Shown here piece by piece: positions 35,601-47,443 of a DNA stretch of 52,427 bases. Origin of the DNA: Perkinsus olseni. Lineage: Eukaryota. The notes below the pieces were generated by a model. The model was not told where the DNA came from. It worked only from the letters and a program-made list of their open reading frames with translations, and ran no database searches. Each line of letters opens with the position of its first letter. Position 1 is the stretch's first letter. The stretch covers positions 62,001-114,427 of the forward strand of contig JABANN010000033.1 of assembly GCA_013115125.1 (NCBI GenBank), in the 5' to 3' direction. The translations under genes and the position numbers were made by a program.

Positions 35601-37350
35601 AGGAATTGCTGCTAACGCGGTGAAAGCTCGAAATGAAGAGGTGGCCAGCGCCGGGTGGTGCCTCAGGACGTTCCAACCAACCGGCTCATCCGAATAGCCC
35701 TGCATGGTGGGAGGCAGCACGACGATGAGGCTCCCTTGGCCGTCAGTGAGGCTGAGGGTAGTAGCAGTGATGCCATCTCAGTAATAGCTTCCGGTTTGCA
35801 GTTGATGTGAAGTCGATGGCCCTTACTGAGCTGAATGGTCGGATAACTGAGCTACAGAAGGACCCTCCCAAGTGCGCGGTGATGGTGGATATATGGTCTA
35901 GATATACTACAGCCTTGCCTGATAGGGAAATTGGTAGGCCAGATGTTGGTGGTGAGGCTCATGCTGTTGTTGTTAGTTCTGGGCACGCTCGAAGAGGCCC
36001 TGATACCCGATGTCCTCAACACGAAGGGTCTCGACCTTCTCGATGCTGTTGGATGCTTCAACCTAGGCCAGATGGCGACATCCCATGAGAGGGCTCGCGA
36101 GGTGGGTGGAGTTCACCTGATGGTAGGGTTAGGGATGCCTAGTAGATACTGCGGAAGCTGATGGAGATGGTCCACGCTGTGGCCACTGATAGGACGCCAA
36201 CTGGGCTGCTGCGGTCGTCTGTGGGGTCATTTCCAGAGGTCGCTCGATTGTCCTACTCTACTGCTGTACTGCACTTCACATCGGGTAGGTGAGGGGCAAG
36301 GGAAACTGACTAAGGCGATGATGATATGCTAGAAGGCCTCTGTAGGCCCCCCTTAGGGGGGATCTGTGATGATACCACATCGAGAGGTTAACTGTATCTG
36401 AGCCTATTGTGGAAGCTGTCGAGGCGGACGGCAGCAGTAACTCCCTCGGGCGTTGTCAGGTGATGATGGCGGCCTTCCTATTGATGTATGGTCGAGGGTA
36501 GCGGAGATGGTGGATCGGGCGTATCGGGTCGGGGCCTTGCACAACCCAGCTAATAAAGGCCATCTGTAAGCAGCGTTCCTGAGTGGGTAGTGGGGAGGAA
36601 GGTGTTCAGATGGCGAGTGACGTCCTGGTGGTGTGCTTTGAGCCACACCACACCAAGCACAATTTTCACAGCAATCCATAGGAGGTATCCGGACATGACC
36701 GAGGCCATCACTTCAATGGTATCAAGGCAGGGTGATCATCGCCTCCCGGGATGCTGTTGATTGTAGATCACACCCGACCCGGAGGAGGAAGGGGAAGTGA
36801 CGGAGCTGGCTGCAGGAGAGGGCATTAGGGAGGCCGAGAGGGTCCTCATACCAATGATTGCTGCTGCCCTTGGTGACCTCGGCATGGTGGCACAGATGTC
36901 AGCCGTAAGGAGGTCCTGCTGTTGATGGGGCTGGCCTGCTGAGCTTCCCTTCAGACCGTTCCGGGCACTCCCTTCTCTCCTCATCTCACTGTACGCTCCC
37001 ACAACATAGCCATCCAAGCAGCCACCGATGGAGACCTCCTGCGCTGGGCGGATTCTGATGCGCAAGGAATGAGCGGAAAGGTACTCGGGAAGGTGCTTTC
37101 TGGGCTTCCCCGAGAGTGCGGGGTAGACGAGTGCTGCCTCTGTCGGGACGCTTTCGTGCTCGGTAGCGTGGTAGGGTCACCGATGTGATGGTAGGCAATC
37201 CTGTTCGAGCGTCTGTTGAGGACAGTGGGGTATCGGACCATCTGGCTGAGGTCCGATTTGGAATGGGAGAGGCTCATCAGCCAGCCCAATACGCAGAGGG
37301 AGATACAGAATAGAGTGCAACGTATGATCGATGATGAGGCGAAAAAATAA
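32664..37350 (+). CDS. Large helical-repeat protein with a C-terminal RAP-like domain (putative mitochondrial RNA-binding), multi-exon
   Basis: Arg-rich presequence MTAAAPRLRRTAMEAVRQRTRS; helical repeat-like FTNPHHVLEAATVLGELGHYRPSYVEAL; terminal IAIQAATDGDLL...ILFERLLRTVGYRTIWLRSDLEWERL resembles RAP. Could be two genes. Confidence 0.6.
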
Positions 37351-37476
37351 CAGGCGGAGCGAAGCAAGTTCGAATGATGTTTCTACTTCGGCGCATGTGT
37401 TTCTGTGATCCAGCTCTGTTCGAGTTCAAGTGCGGCCAATACGTCTCCTCTGTGCGGAGATTTCGTCTCAGTTTCC

Positions 37477-39485
37477 ATGCTCAAGCGTTTTCTCAAGGGG
37501 TCGGGCAATGGTAAAAGTGGAAGTCATCGTCACGCGCCACGAAATGTCACCTCGCTCCACGATACGCCCAACCGGCTGAGTGTCAGTGGGCAGTCCTCTT
37601 CCCTCGGGGCAGCATCTCCTCATAGAGACTCTAGTCGGAGCTCCTCTGGGCGATTGGGGGAATCCTCACGCTCTGGTTCAGCTCGGTCAGAAAAGCACAG
37701 CGGCGTGGACGGCTTCATGGGGTTCCTTAAGTCCACATTGGGTAGACAGAGGCGGAGTCAACAGGCATCCAGCGCTAGGAGGGGCATATCCGACCACGAC
37801 GAGGACGGGGAAGCTACCTGTAAGTGAATGACGGCTCTCTAGGTCTCATTATGCGCCTATCGACGGTACAGGAGCTAGGACACTATTGGGGCCTCTCGGG
37901 GCATGTGTGATAGCGAATGTCGGGCGATGAGTCCACTTGGGTGAATTGGTGGTGACCCCTCAGCAACCTCCCTCACAGCGTCCCCCGGCTACAGTGAGTT
38001 CTCACATGTCCAAGACGCTGAGGATATCCTTGCGCCTAGTAATGTCATGGGGGCTGGCCGGCAGTAACATGCCTGCTGCCTTTGCAGTCTCTGCGGGTGG
38101 TGCAGCAGCAGCATGTGACGATGATGATGAGGATGCTGAGTGCTTCGAGAGCCAGATGGAGGAAAAGCAGAAGACACCCTTGGGGCCTGATGCGAGGACA
38201 TGCAGCCTTCTGATGGAGTACAGGCATCTTCAGGTCGGCAAAAGGCGACTTGCTCGACGCCCAAATCTATGCTTGGCAGGACAACGCCCCAAGGGGCCTC
38301 TACGTGTGTCCGGATGTCCAGGACCTTCTCATATGGCACTGTGTTCTCATACTACGCCAAGTAGGTAGCACTGCTATATACCATAATCGTGGGGTAGTTG
38401 CGGATGTTATGGTAGGGGCATTATAAGGGGGCAATATTGAAGTTCGTGCTGCGTATTCCGGAGGACTACCCCAACTCTGCGCCGACTGTCCAGTTCTCTT
38501 CTCGAGTCTATCATCCTCTCGTTGATGAGGCTACCGGAATCTTGGTGAGTTTGTCTCGGCAGCGTACTTTTGGCTCATCACGGAGCGTAGGATATTTCTC
38601 TCGCCTTCCCAACGTGGGAGCCTGGCCGAGACTACGCGGTATTGGTACTTGCCTTCGTCAAGAAGGTAGTAGCATCCCCGCATGCGCGAGTACTGGGCGA
38701 GTCTTAGGTCTTCTACAGAAGCGATCTTATAGGGTGGCGGGGAGGTGAGGACTGGATACCCAACCCTGGGGCTTCGAAGGCCTTCAACTTGGCCTTCGAG
38801 AAAGGGGATAACACCTTCCAAAGAGAGGTGGATAAATGCATTATGGAGAGCCAACGGTAATAGGGCCGAGGGAGGGCCGACTTGCAGCGGCGGATTGCTG
38901 ATGCGGGGACAAGGGCCCTCAAGGATTCCCTGTGCACGAGTGTTGGCATACCACGTAGCGTTGAGGCGTAGCCCTTGGGCACCTCCAGTTGTATTTCCCA
39001 GTTGATGCGCACTTGCTGGCGGACCCGAGGCTTACTCTAATTATTCTAGTAGTCCCCTCCTGTCTTTACTTCCATCCGGCTGACATTCTGGAGAAGGGGC
39101 CTTGTGGTCTCTGACAATTCCACCGCCTACTGTGTGTCTCTGTAGGGAAGTTTTCCTGCCCCCCTCTCCGGGCTGCAGCCTCACCTTCAAGGAGTACAAC
39201 GACTCCCCGGCATCGGCGCACTCGATGATATCAGCCGCCCTCCGGAACATGCCCGAGGAGCTCGCCGGCCCTCAGAGGACGCAGGCCTTCTGTGACTGGC
39301 TCACGGACCGCTTCATACCGCGCTGTGAGGCCCAGCGCCGACAGGAGGATCAGCCTGCCATCAAGCAGCTCTGGGATGGACCGGAGGATGACCGACGCAC
39401 CGAACGCTGCCCTCCAGAGGTAGGGGGGGCTGTCGAAGGTCCGGGCTAGTCTTGTTGGAGGGGATAGTCGCCGGTGAGCGAGTGA
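37477..39485 (+). CDS. AKTIP: AKTIP/FTS-like inactive ubiquitin E2 variant with a long Ser/Arg-rich N-terminus (3' end uncertain)
   Basis: CSLLMEYRHLQ|DNAPRGLYVCPD...IWHCVLILRQ|GHYKGAILKFVLRIPEDYP...VYHPLVDEATGIL|DISLAFPTW...FVKK|VFY; Asp occupies the catalytic Cys position as in FTS. Confidence 0.75.
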
Positions 39486-39686
39486 CTCGTCCTCAGTCGG
39501 AGAGCCCGGTCTCTGCTGGCAGTCCGTCAAAGTCGGGCAACTACCGTCAGAGGAAGAAGGATGCTGCTTCAGAGACAGCTAATACGTCCACTACTACATG
39601 AGACCATACATTTCTGATTTCAACTCGTGTTGAGCATGCTTCAACCTTGGATGCGCCTTTGCAGTTCGAGCGCCCATCCCGTCCTC

Positions 39687-40836
39687 ATGTCCTCGGATCC
39701 CGAAGAGATTCCGTCGAACCCCTCCCAAGACTGGCTAGTCAAGAATGGCGGTGTCCTCCTCGTACTGGAGTTCCCCGTTGGCTCATACTTCGGTATAGAC
39801 AAGCACGTTTGGCAGGTGAGCAGCGCCTTCCACCAAGAACTTCTTGAGTACTCTCTTCAGGTTGGGCCGCGGTTCATGGGAGTCCATCTCATCCCCTACG
39901 GAGTGCACTATGTCTTCTATTCTGAGGAGGAGATGTCGCCGCGGACGGGCTTCTTCGTGGTCAGTAGTAGGCCCTCGCCTGGCGGTCCCTCACTTCCCTC
40001 TGCCTCAGTTCTTCGGTCCGAATCGGCCCCGAATCCAAGTTAGACGATGGCAGCCGGAGACGGTCGAGCTGATGGCTGTGGGCCCGCAGGATACCAGCAA
40101 GTACGCCTTCATGTTCGAAAACCAGCGCATGTTCGCCGACCAACTCGGGCCGTACCCGCAGGAGGGGTTGGCCCAGTGGAAGGAGAATACACTTTTTATA
40201 ACGCCGGAAGTGATAGCCAAACTCCAGCCGGTCAACGCTGGCCGGCTGATAAAGTCTTCAGAGGCACCGGGGGCCGAGAAGGAAGCGGAGGGGGAGACTC
40301 CGGTAGTGTTCTGGACGGACATACCTCGCTTCACTTCCAAGAGGCTCACCGGCGCCCAGCTTACGGCCGCTGCCATTGACCGATCGGAGGTCCTCATTGA
40401 AGTACTGACGGCCCTCCGTCGGCCGACAGACCTCCTCGGGGAGCTTCAGGCGGCCTTTGTAGTGTTCGTGCTGGGCCAGAGCTTCGAGGCCTTCGAGCAA
40501 TGGAAAGCCTTGTTGGGGTTGTTCGCGGAAAGTGAGGGCGCGATCGATGGGAACGTCGATCTGTTCAACTCCCTTTACCGAGTGTTGTTCACTCAACTGC
40601 AGCAGATGCCGGACGACATGCTGCTGCTGGACGATGGCAGTAGTAGTTTCGTCGTCCATCATTTTCGACGAATTGTGGAGAACGGTAGCGCGCGCCCGAG
40701 CCTTGCCAAAAGGGCTGCTTACTTGAAGAAGTTGTGTGAAAATAGATTTGGCGAGAGCTGCGGCGATGTGGTGGAGGTCGAGGAGGGAGAGGACCCTCCA
40801 GTGGTGGTGGACACGGATGCCCAGTACTATCTCTGA
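39687..40836 (+). CDS. AAR2: U5 snRNP assembly factor AAR2 (3 exons)
   Basis: GVLLVLEFPVGSYFGID...W|VGPRFMGVHLIPYGVHYVFYS...RTGFF, LGPYP and LLGELQAAFVVFVLGQSFEAFEQWK are AAR2 signatures. Confidence 0.92.
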
Positions 40837-41036
40837 GGCACTGCCTATGATGACCCGGGTTCGATCTCACCGACGGTCATTTTCTACCATATACTACGAT
40901 TAACGTCAAAAACAACGACTGTGATGGTTTCGAGTGAACTGATTGATACCGAGTTCCCCCATCCACGGGGCCAGCCCTCCTCCTCTTCAGTTTGCTTCCT
41001 CTTCTCTTTCGTCTTGTCCTCTGCCTCTCCCCTCTC

Positions 41037-43228
41037 ATGCCTCGTGTAGGTAGTCGTAGACGTAAGGCACGAGTCCAACAGAAGAACATTGAGGAGGTAC
41101 TACAGGAGGTCGAAATAACGTCGCGTTAGTGGATCATTCTCAGTCGGAAGAAGCTCGTCGCAACACTCCGCGATGCATCATCATTAGAAGGGGACAGGTT
41201 GTCCAGGCAGTCCAGGATCTGGTTACCGACCTAAGGCAGGTCATGAGCCCTAACGTGGCCAGCAAGCTCAGGTGAGGGTCGGATAGACCATCACAGCAGC
41301 GGCGGGATGAGGGGGAGTTTCCGGTGGCAGGGAGTCCCGCAAGAACAAGATGCAAGACTTCGTGGCGGTGTCTGGCATGTTTGGCGTATCCCATCTACTG
41401 CAGCTCACCCAGACGGACGTGTCCCCCTACCTCAGAATCACTCGGATGGCTCAGGTAAGCCCAACAACCATGGTCTATTGCTTCTACGTTCCAGCACTAT
41501 CAATCGTCTCCTCATTTATGCGCTGGGGGGGCTGGTATTGCTCTCCTACTAGGCTTGACAATATGCGTACTTCGCGAGTACTTCACCCACTTCCTTCTCC
41601 TCTTCTAGGGACCAACCCTCACTTTCCAAGTGATGGAGGCCTCCCTACAGACAGACGTCCGTCGTGCTCAGAAGAGGCCTAAGGTCGGCTCCATGAAGGA
41701 CTACGCCCAGGCGCCAATGGTCGTCCTCAACGGCTTTGGTAATACCACTCCTCCGCCGTCTCGGCCCTCCCATCCACTATCAGGTGACGCTGGCAAGAAG
41801 TCGCCTCATCTCGAGCTGTGCGGTACGATGTTGAAGTCCATGTTCCCGAGTATCGACCCGAAGACAGTTGATGTGAGCATCTCTGGGTGAGGAGGGGGCC
41901 TCATAGGCGTCGGCCACCGCAGTTACAAAGCTGCCGTCGAGTCGTTCTGTTCAACTACGACGAGGAGTCCAATACCATCAAGATGAGGCACTACCAGGTT
42001 AAGCTGAAGAACGCTTCCATTTCTAGTAGGGCGAGTCGATCACCGGTTGTGCGCATCTCCCGCCTGCCAGGGAATGTTCGGAAGATCGTCTCGAAGTCCA
42101 GCCGGAAGACCTCGCCGAATCTGGCTAAGCTGGCGGCTGCTGGTGGGGTCCTCTGTTGGCTTCGTTCGTCTGAGGTCTGCACTGCAGGTGATGTATTGGA
42201 CAGCACCTGTCATTTGGACGGGGTGTCCGACAGTGAGTTCGAGGACGGTGATACTGTTGGGCCCCTCCCTGCTCGGCCCAGGGAACCAGGGAGTCACTTT
42301 AGGAAGAGTGAGTATTAGAGCGCAGGCCTCTTCTATGATGTGCTGTGTTGTTCAGGACGCCAGGACACAAACGAGGTTAGTGTTGGACTCGCTGAGCTCG
42401 GTCCCCGTCTCACACTACAGCTGGTGAGGAGCCGATGCGGTCGGTGCGCTCTGTGGACGTTCTGTGGTGCAGGTGAAGGCCGAGGCTGGACTGCCGAACC
42501 AGGCTGAGGTCATCTATCATCGTGACGTTACTAAGACAACTGAGGAGCAGGATAAGCTCAATAGGGATGCTAAGATGAAGGCGTAAGGCGAAGGAACGGT
42601 CATCCAGTTATGATGGTTCGTGGCAGCGCCCTTCGAGAGAAACGCTTGAAGGAAGCTGAGCAGCTACGGCAGAAACGCGTGGAGGAGGAGAAGAGAAAAC
42701 ACGAGCGACGGGAGGTGAGTCCTTGATCACTCAGTAATGAGTGTTCAACATGGGGGGTAATTACTCAGCATAAGACGCAAGAACTGATGGAGAAATACCG
42801 TAAAGAGGCCGGCTCTGACGATGATGATGACGAAGCCGAGGCTTTCGCCAGGGGACAGAAGCGTGGACTGGAACAAGGTATTAAGAGGCAAGCAGGCTGA
42901 TAAGGCATAACCGCCTCCTGCAGGTGCTGCCTCCTCAAGCGGGGTCGTCGAGTTCGGTGATGATGATGGGTCTTCCTTCAAGCGGCGTCGTGGTGGCAAT
43001 CGGGACGGTAGTGATGGTTGTGGTAGTTCCGGTCGAAGAGGCTCTGTCAGGTTCCGGTAAAGGGAAGGGAGGCAAGGGTGGTAAAGGAAAGGGAGGAAAA
43101 GGCAAGGGTGGTAAAGGTGGAAAAGGGAAAGGAAAACGGATGAGGGTGAGGAGACAGTTGGAAAGTAGGTCTCGTGGACTCGACCGTAGCAGGTACTCGA
43201 GAAATTCCACCGGTCGCAGCAGGAATAA
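41037..43228 (+). CDS. PPAN: Brix-domain ribosome biogenesis protein Peter Pan / Ssf1, multi-exon
   Basis: PRCIIIRRGQV...LVTDLRQVMSPNVASKLR|ESRKNKMQDFVAVSGMFGVSHLL, PMVVLNGF, LKSMFPSID, CRRVVLFNYD...MRHY, LAELGPRLTLQL|VKAEAGL. Confidence 0.92.
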
Positions 43229-43831
43229 TAACAGCTTGGCCAAGTTGATTATCGTACCAACGTAAATTACTCTTTACCAAAACGACATTCGCATTGTGTT
43301 GTTGAAGTCGTGGGATAGACGAAGCAACTCTAATGAGTGATGGACCGCTGATGAGCCACTTCTCGTGCAAACGTGCAGCTCATCGCGTGCCGAACCTCTA
43401 CGCGAGCAAGGAGCACCACGGGTAGCTACCATCGCGGATGCTGTCGACGGGGCACAGTTGAGCCACACATGGGGAGGCATCAACTTGGAGGACTTCAAGC
43501 GTATTTCCAAGCACAGGCGATTTTTAAATAGCTGATAGGAAGATGAAAGGGTAACTCGTATGAAATCCGAGGATAGAGTAGTTGACCCAATACCAAATCT
43601 TGACCGAATCCTATCGATATCTGAGGTGTTGTTATTGCAATATGGACCCGTGATTGTAGTACAAGTGATCACCCATCGCATGACACGACGCAAGACCGCT
43701 CATCAATGGCGAAACTCAATGATAAAAAGTAATAATAAGACCTACTCATCAGGCAATCATCGCTGCGATGCTGTTGTAATAACAATAAGAAGACAACTTG
43801 CTGCTTTTCAAACATGGTAGCCATTAGTTCC

Positions 43832-44967
43832 TCAATCGCGAGTATCCACCTCTGCGAGAAGTTGTGATATCAAACGCCGGACCAAGCGGCCGTCCTGCTC
43901 CACTGACATCACTCTAGGCTCCGGAAGATGCACGAAAATGGCGGGTATCTGTAAGGAGGGAAATGAGGACTGGTGACTGGAGGGACTGTTCTACATTCAG
44001 GCCCCGAGTTCGGATTTCCGAAAGGGTCCTGAAGTAGATCTCATTGCAGTAGTAGCTGCCTGCATCGACACTCCACATCTCATCAGCATCAACAACATCG
44101 ATCAAGCCGAGGTTGGCAGTTGATGGGAGGATGGATGTGCCGTTGGCGAGGATAGGGAGGGATGAGTTGCTCTCAGCAAGTACCTGATGGTTAAAGAGAG
44201 GAGGCCTAAAGGAGGAGGACTGGCCACTACATTTTTGGCAGCGACCTCGAGCTTGAGCCCCTTTGCCCTATCCTCTAAGCCCAGATGGACGATTGCCGCC
44301 GGCTTGGGTACAGCGGGCTCTCTCAGCCAACTGGCCGGTTGAGAAGCCCCAGCATGAGTCACCGGCAGTTCGAAGGCTTGCACGCAGTAGTCGTGAGTGC
44401 AGCTGCCGTTGAGAGTCCCTGACGTATCGAGTAGCAACTGATGCTGCTGCTGTGAGGAAAATAGACGGAGCGATGCAGAGAATGCCAGAAACCGAAAGCG
44501 TAGAGGACTCACTGGCCACCGCCGCGGAAGGGTTGAAGGTGAAGTCCTTGAACGGCTGATATCCCGTGACCCAAACGACCCGCTTTCTTCGGGGAGAGAA
44601 CTCGGCGGAGGCAGCAGCAGCCGCACTCACTCTCAGAGAGGTCAGTCGAGCGGTGTCAGCACCTGAAGGCTTTGATAACAGCAGTCCTTCGAGAATGAAG
44701 AGAGCTACTTTCAGGGATACTGCTGTCGTGATCGAGGTAACCATCGGCAGGCTCTCTAGTGCAGACTAGATAGCCAGCAAGGACCAAGACGAAGAGCAGC
44801 AGAGCGCCACAGAGCCACCTCCTCATGCCGCTGGCGTGGAGCTCGGGCGCCCCGGCAATACTGTAGCTGCTATGATGATGAGCGAACAACCGTTCTTTAC
44901 GATTCACGTTTCGGCTGGTATTATCTGGTAGTAATGGTACAGTGATGGTCGACATGGAATCATCCAT
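43832..44967 (-). CDS. Pyroglutamyl-peptidase I (C15) with an N-terminal transmembrane anchor, multi-exon
   Basis: VWVTGYQPF...NPS, ELPVT, IVHLGL...LKLEVAAKN (Glu), SVDAGSYYCNEIYF (Cys), AIFVHLP (His); upstream TM WLCGALLLFVLVLAGYLVC. Confidence 0.85.
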
Positions 44968-45166
44968 TGGGAAAACAGCAAAGAGGAAAACGTGGCAATC
45001 ACACTGACAACACGTCGCCGAACCGTGAACGCAAGAGATACCGAACTTGACTGAAAACACACTAGAACTACCAATGCTTTTAACAACTGCCGTGAGCAGC
45101 AGCTGAGACAACAGCAACGTCGCTACGATCGTCTGTTCAAGATTATAAACTAAGAAAACAAGAGAG

Positions 45167-45568
45167 CTAGACTTCCTCAGTGGAGGGGATTAAGAAAAGA
45201 TACAAGCCTGTTGTTGGGATGGTCGGCGAGGTCCCGAAGTGGATGCCCAGCTCTTCCTCGATTTCGAGGTTGTCAGCGGTCAATCCACTCATGTTATCAT
45301 CATCATCGTCGTCAGCGATCTCGTCCGACCCCACAGCAGTGGTAGTGGTGATTTCACTGTTCGACTTGGTATCACTGGCCAGGTCCTCGGTGGCGTCATC
45401 CTCACGAGTGATGCGGACCTGAGGGTGGCCAGTGGCACTGTACGGTGGCTTATGGTAATTTACGTATAACACGAAGGCCAGATGGCTCAAGGCCATGAGG
45501 AAGCTGAGGGACACGATAACGGCGTCTGGCACGGAGGAGGAGTTTACTTGAGGAGCAGAAGCCTCCAT
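45167..45568 (-). CDS. Small single-TM protein with an acidic tail (RING-less array member A; probable intron 45419-45463)
   Basis: DAVIVSLSFLMALSHLAFVLY|VRITREDD...DDDDDD. The TM and intron position resemble the neighbouring TM-RING genes. Confidence 0.6.
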   Translation of the reverse strand: MEASAPQVNSSSVPDAVIVSLSFLMALSHLAFVLYVNYHKPPYSATGHPQVRITREDDATEDLASDTKSNSEITTTTAVGSDEIADDDDDDNMSGLTADNLEIEEELGIHFGTSPTIPTTGLYLFLIPSTEEV

Positions 45569-45886
45569 CAACCGTTAATAAAAACACTTGCAAACGGATG
45601 AAAAATCGCCCGATCGAGGCAGTGAATTGAGAACACAAGCCCCCAAGCTGAGAGGCAGAAACGTGCGGGAATTCTCCGCTAGTCAGGCACGTAGCACGGA
45701 AGAAGGGGGCAGAGACCCAAGACGCCGGGCAGTAGACTTTGGAACCTCGTACGATTCAAATGGAAAAAGTCGACGTAGCTCAGGTGGGATTGGTACGGCC
45801 TGGTGGCGGTCGTTGCTTGAAAAACTGCAGGGTACAAACAGACGCTGATGAAAAGGAAGCACGATAGGGCTCGCATCATGTTCTCG

Positions 45887-46200
45887 TCACACGACGTCAT
45901 CATCAGACGCAACTGACGAGTAGTCGGCCGCCCACGGCTCATCCTCGGTTTCGAGGGGTACCATGGGGCACTGGTCGGCCTCCTCCTCCTCATCGGTGTC
46001 GATGAGCAGCTGATCTTCCTCGGACTTGCCGTCCATTCGAACCTGCACAGACTAGGATGCGTGGGGAGGGTCGTGAGGACTCTCACATAACAAACAAACG
46101 CCAAGGTGGCTATCGCCATGACGCAACTGCAAGACATGATGACAACATCCATACTGCCATCAAGGGGGAGAGATGAGGACGCTATTGCTGCTGCTGTCAT
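45887..46200 (-). CDS. Small single-TM protein with an acidic tail (RING-less array member B; intron 46043-46086)
   Basis: MDVVIMSCSCVMAIATLAFVCY|VRMDGKSEEDQLLIDTDEEEEAD...ASDDDVV*. Confidence 0.6.
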
Positions 46201-46447
46201 TGCTGAGTGCGATGGGAAATCTCGTGATAGACTGTCAAGAAAAGACCCGCATGACGATGACGATGTACCAGGATTGAACTGGTGCCTGAGGTACTATTGA
46301 CTTGAACTCACTCGTGGTTGGATATATGAGAAAAAATGAGTTCTACTGCGACGACGACGTAACCAATACAGGCTGCATGGTATGCCTGCAGGAGTAGTAG
46401 TGCAATAAGTCGGAATAACGTAAATACACCCAACAACACGACGACGA

Positions 46448-47285
46448 CTATGACGGTGCGGCTGACGAGGTCTGCTTGATCACATAGGGATGGTCGGGGA
46501 TATCGGAGTGGGCTGAGGAAGGGTGATCAATCATGTACGGTGTTCGCACGGCTAGCAGGAGGCTCACCATCAGATGGGATCGGCATAGGGGACATGCTGG
46601 GACGTGGGCCAGGGAGATCCATCTGAGAGGAAGAGGGGGAGGACTCCTGACGAGAGGCAGGCGCTGGGACACGGTGCTACTTGCGGACACAACCTTCGTG
46701 GAACAAGTGGCCACAGTGAAGTACCGTAACAACATCATCAGTATGGTATGAGGAAAGACAGACAGAACAACAGGAACAGCGATCGGGCTCCATCCCTGAA
46801 ACAGGTACAGTATATCAATCCATGAAACCCGACCGCGGCAGCTCACCACAGTCCTCTTCGCCTGAGCTAGGGAGGTCCAGCACGGCGTTCGGCCTATCGA
46901 CCTGAGACAAGCGCATCAGCTCCAGCCGGGGAACCTACGGCAGGGTGGGTATCCACAACGTACTCACCGAGGCAGCGAGCCAATGCCTGAACGGCATGAT
47001 CGAGGATGAGCTCTCCAAAAGCCTGGTGGCCCGGCTGTGGTCCTGCAACAAGAGTTGAGTAGTGCCGGTGGCAGCGAAGTCCTCGTAGACTGAGTGGGCG
47101 TGCTCCTTGGACAGGTGCACCTAAAGAAGGTCGTCGTGGTCTTATCTTAAGTATTGCCTCCTTACGTAGATGACAAAGCCCATAGTGGCCAGGGCCATGC
47201 ACAGACTGCCGAACATTATGATGGCGTCCATCTCAGCATCGTACTCCACTCTGATACCACTTCCGTCAACGACCACCTCCGACAT
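46448..47285 (-). CDS. Single-TM RING-H2 E3 ubiquitin ligase (array member C)
   Basis: MDAIIMFGSLCMALATMGFVIY|VHL...; RING CSVCLSSYHTDDVVTVLHCGHLFHEGCVRK|WISLAHVPACPLCR. Confidence 0.8.
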
Positions 47286-47443
47286 AAGATTCGTAGAGCA
47301 AGGATGGCTTAGAAACACGAGGGTGAGCAGTGACTGCACTCAACTCGACGAGCGAGGAGGAGAAGAGACTTAAGAAAATGTTGGGTGGCAAAAAGGGGCG
47401 GAAGGGGGGCCAGAAAGAGTCCGCTGTCGTCGGCGTAGAGACA

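Noticed and set aside
12117-39485. VPS18 (HOPS) and AKTIP/FTS (FHF complex, reported HOPS partner) in one window
   Set aside because: They are over 20 kb apart with many unrelated genes between; likely coincidence.
43274-43820. ORFs and a GATGAGC/GCTCATC inverted repeat between PPAN and the peptidase
   Set aside because: No recognisable protein features or RNA family; consistent with convergent 3' UTRs.
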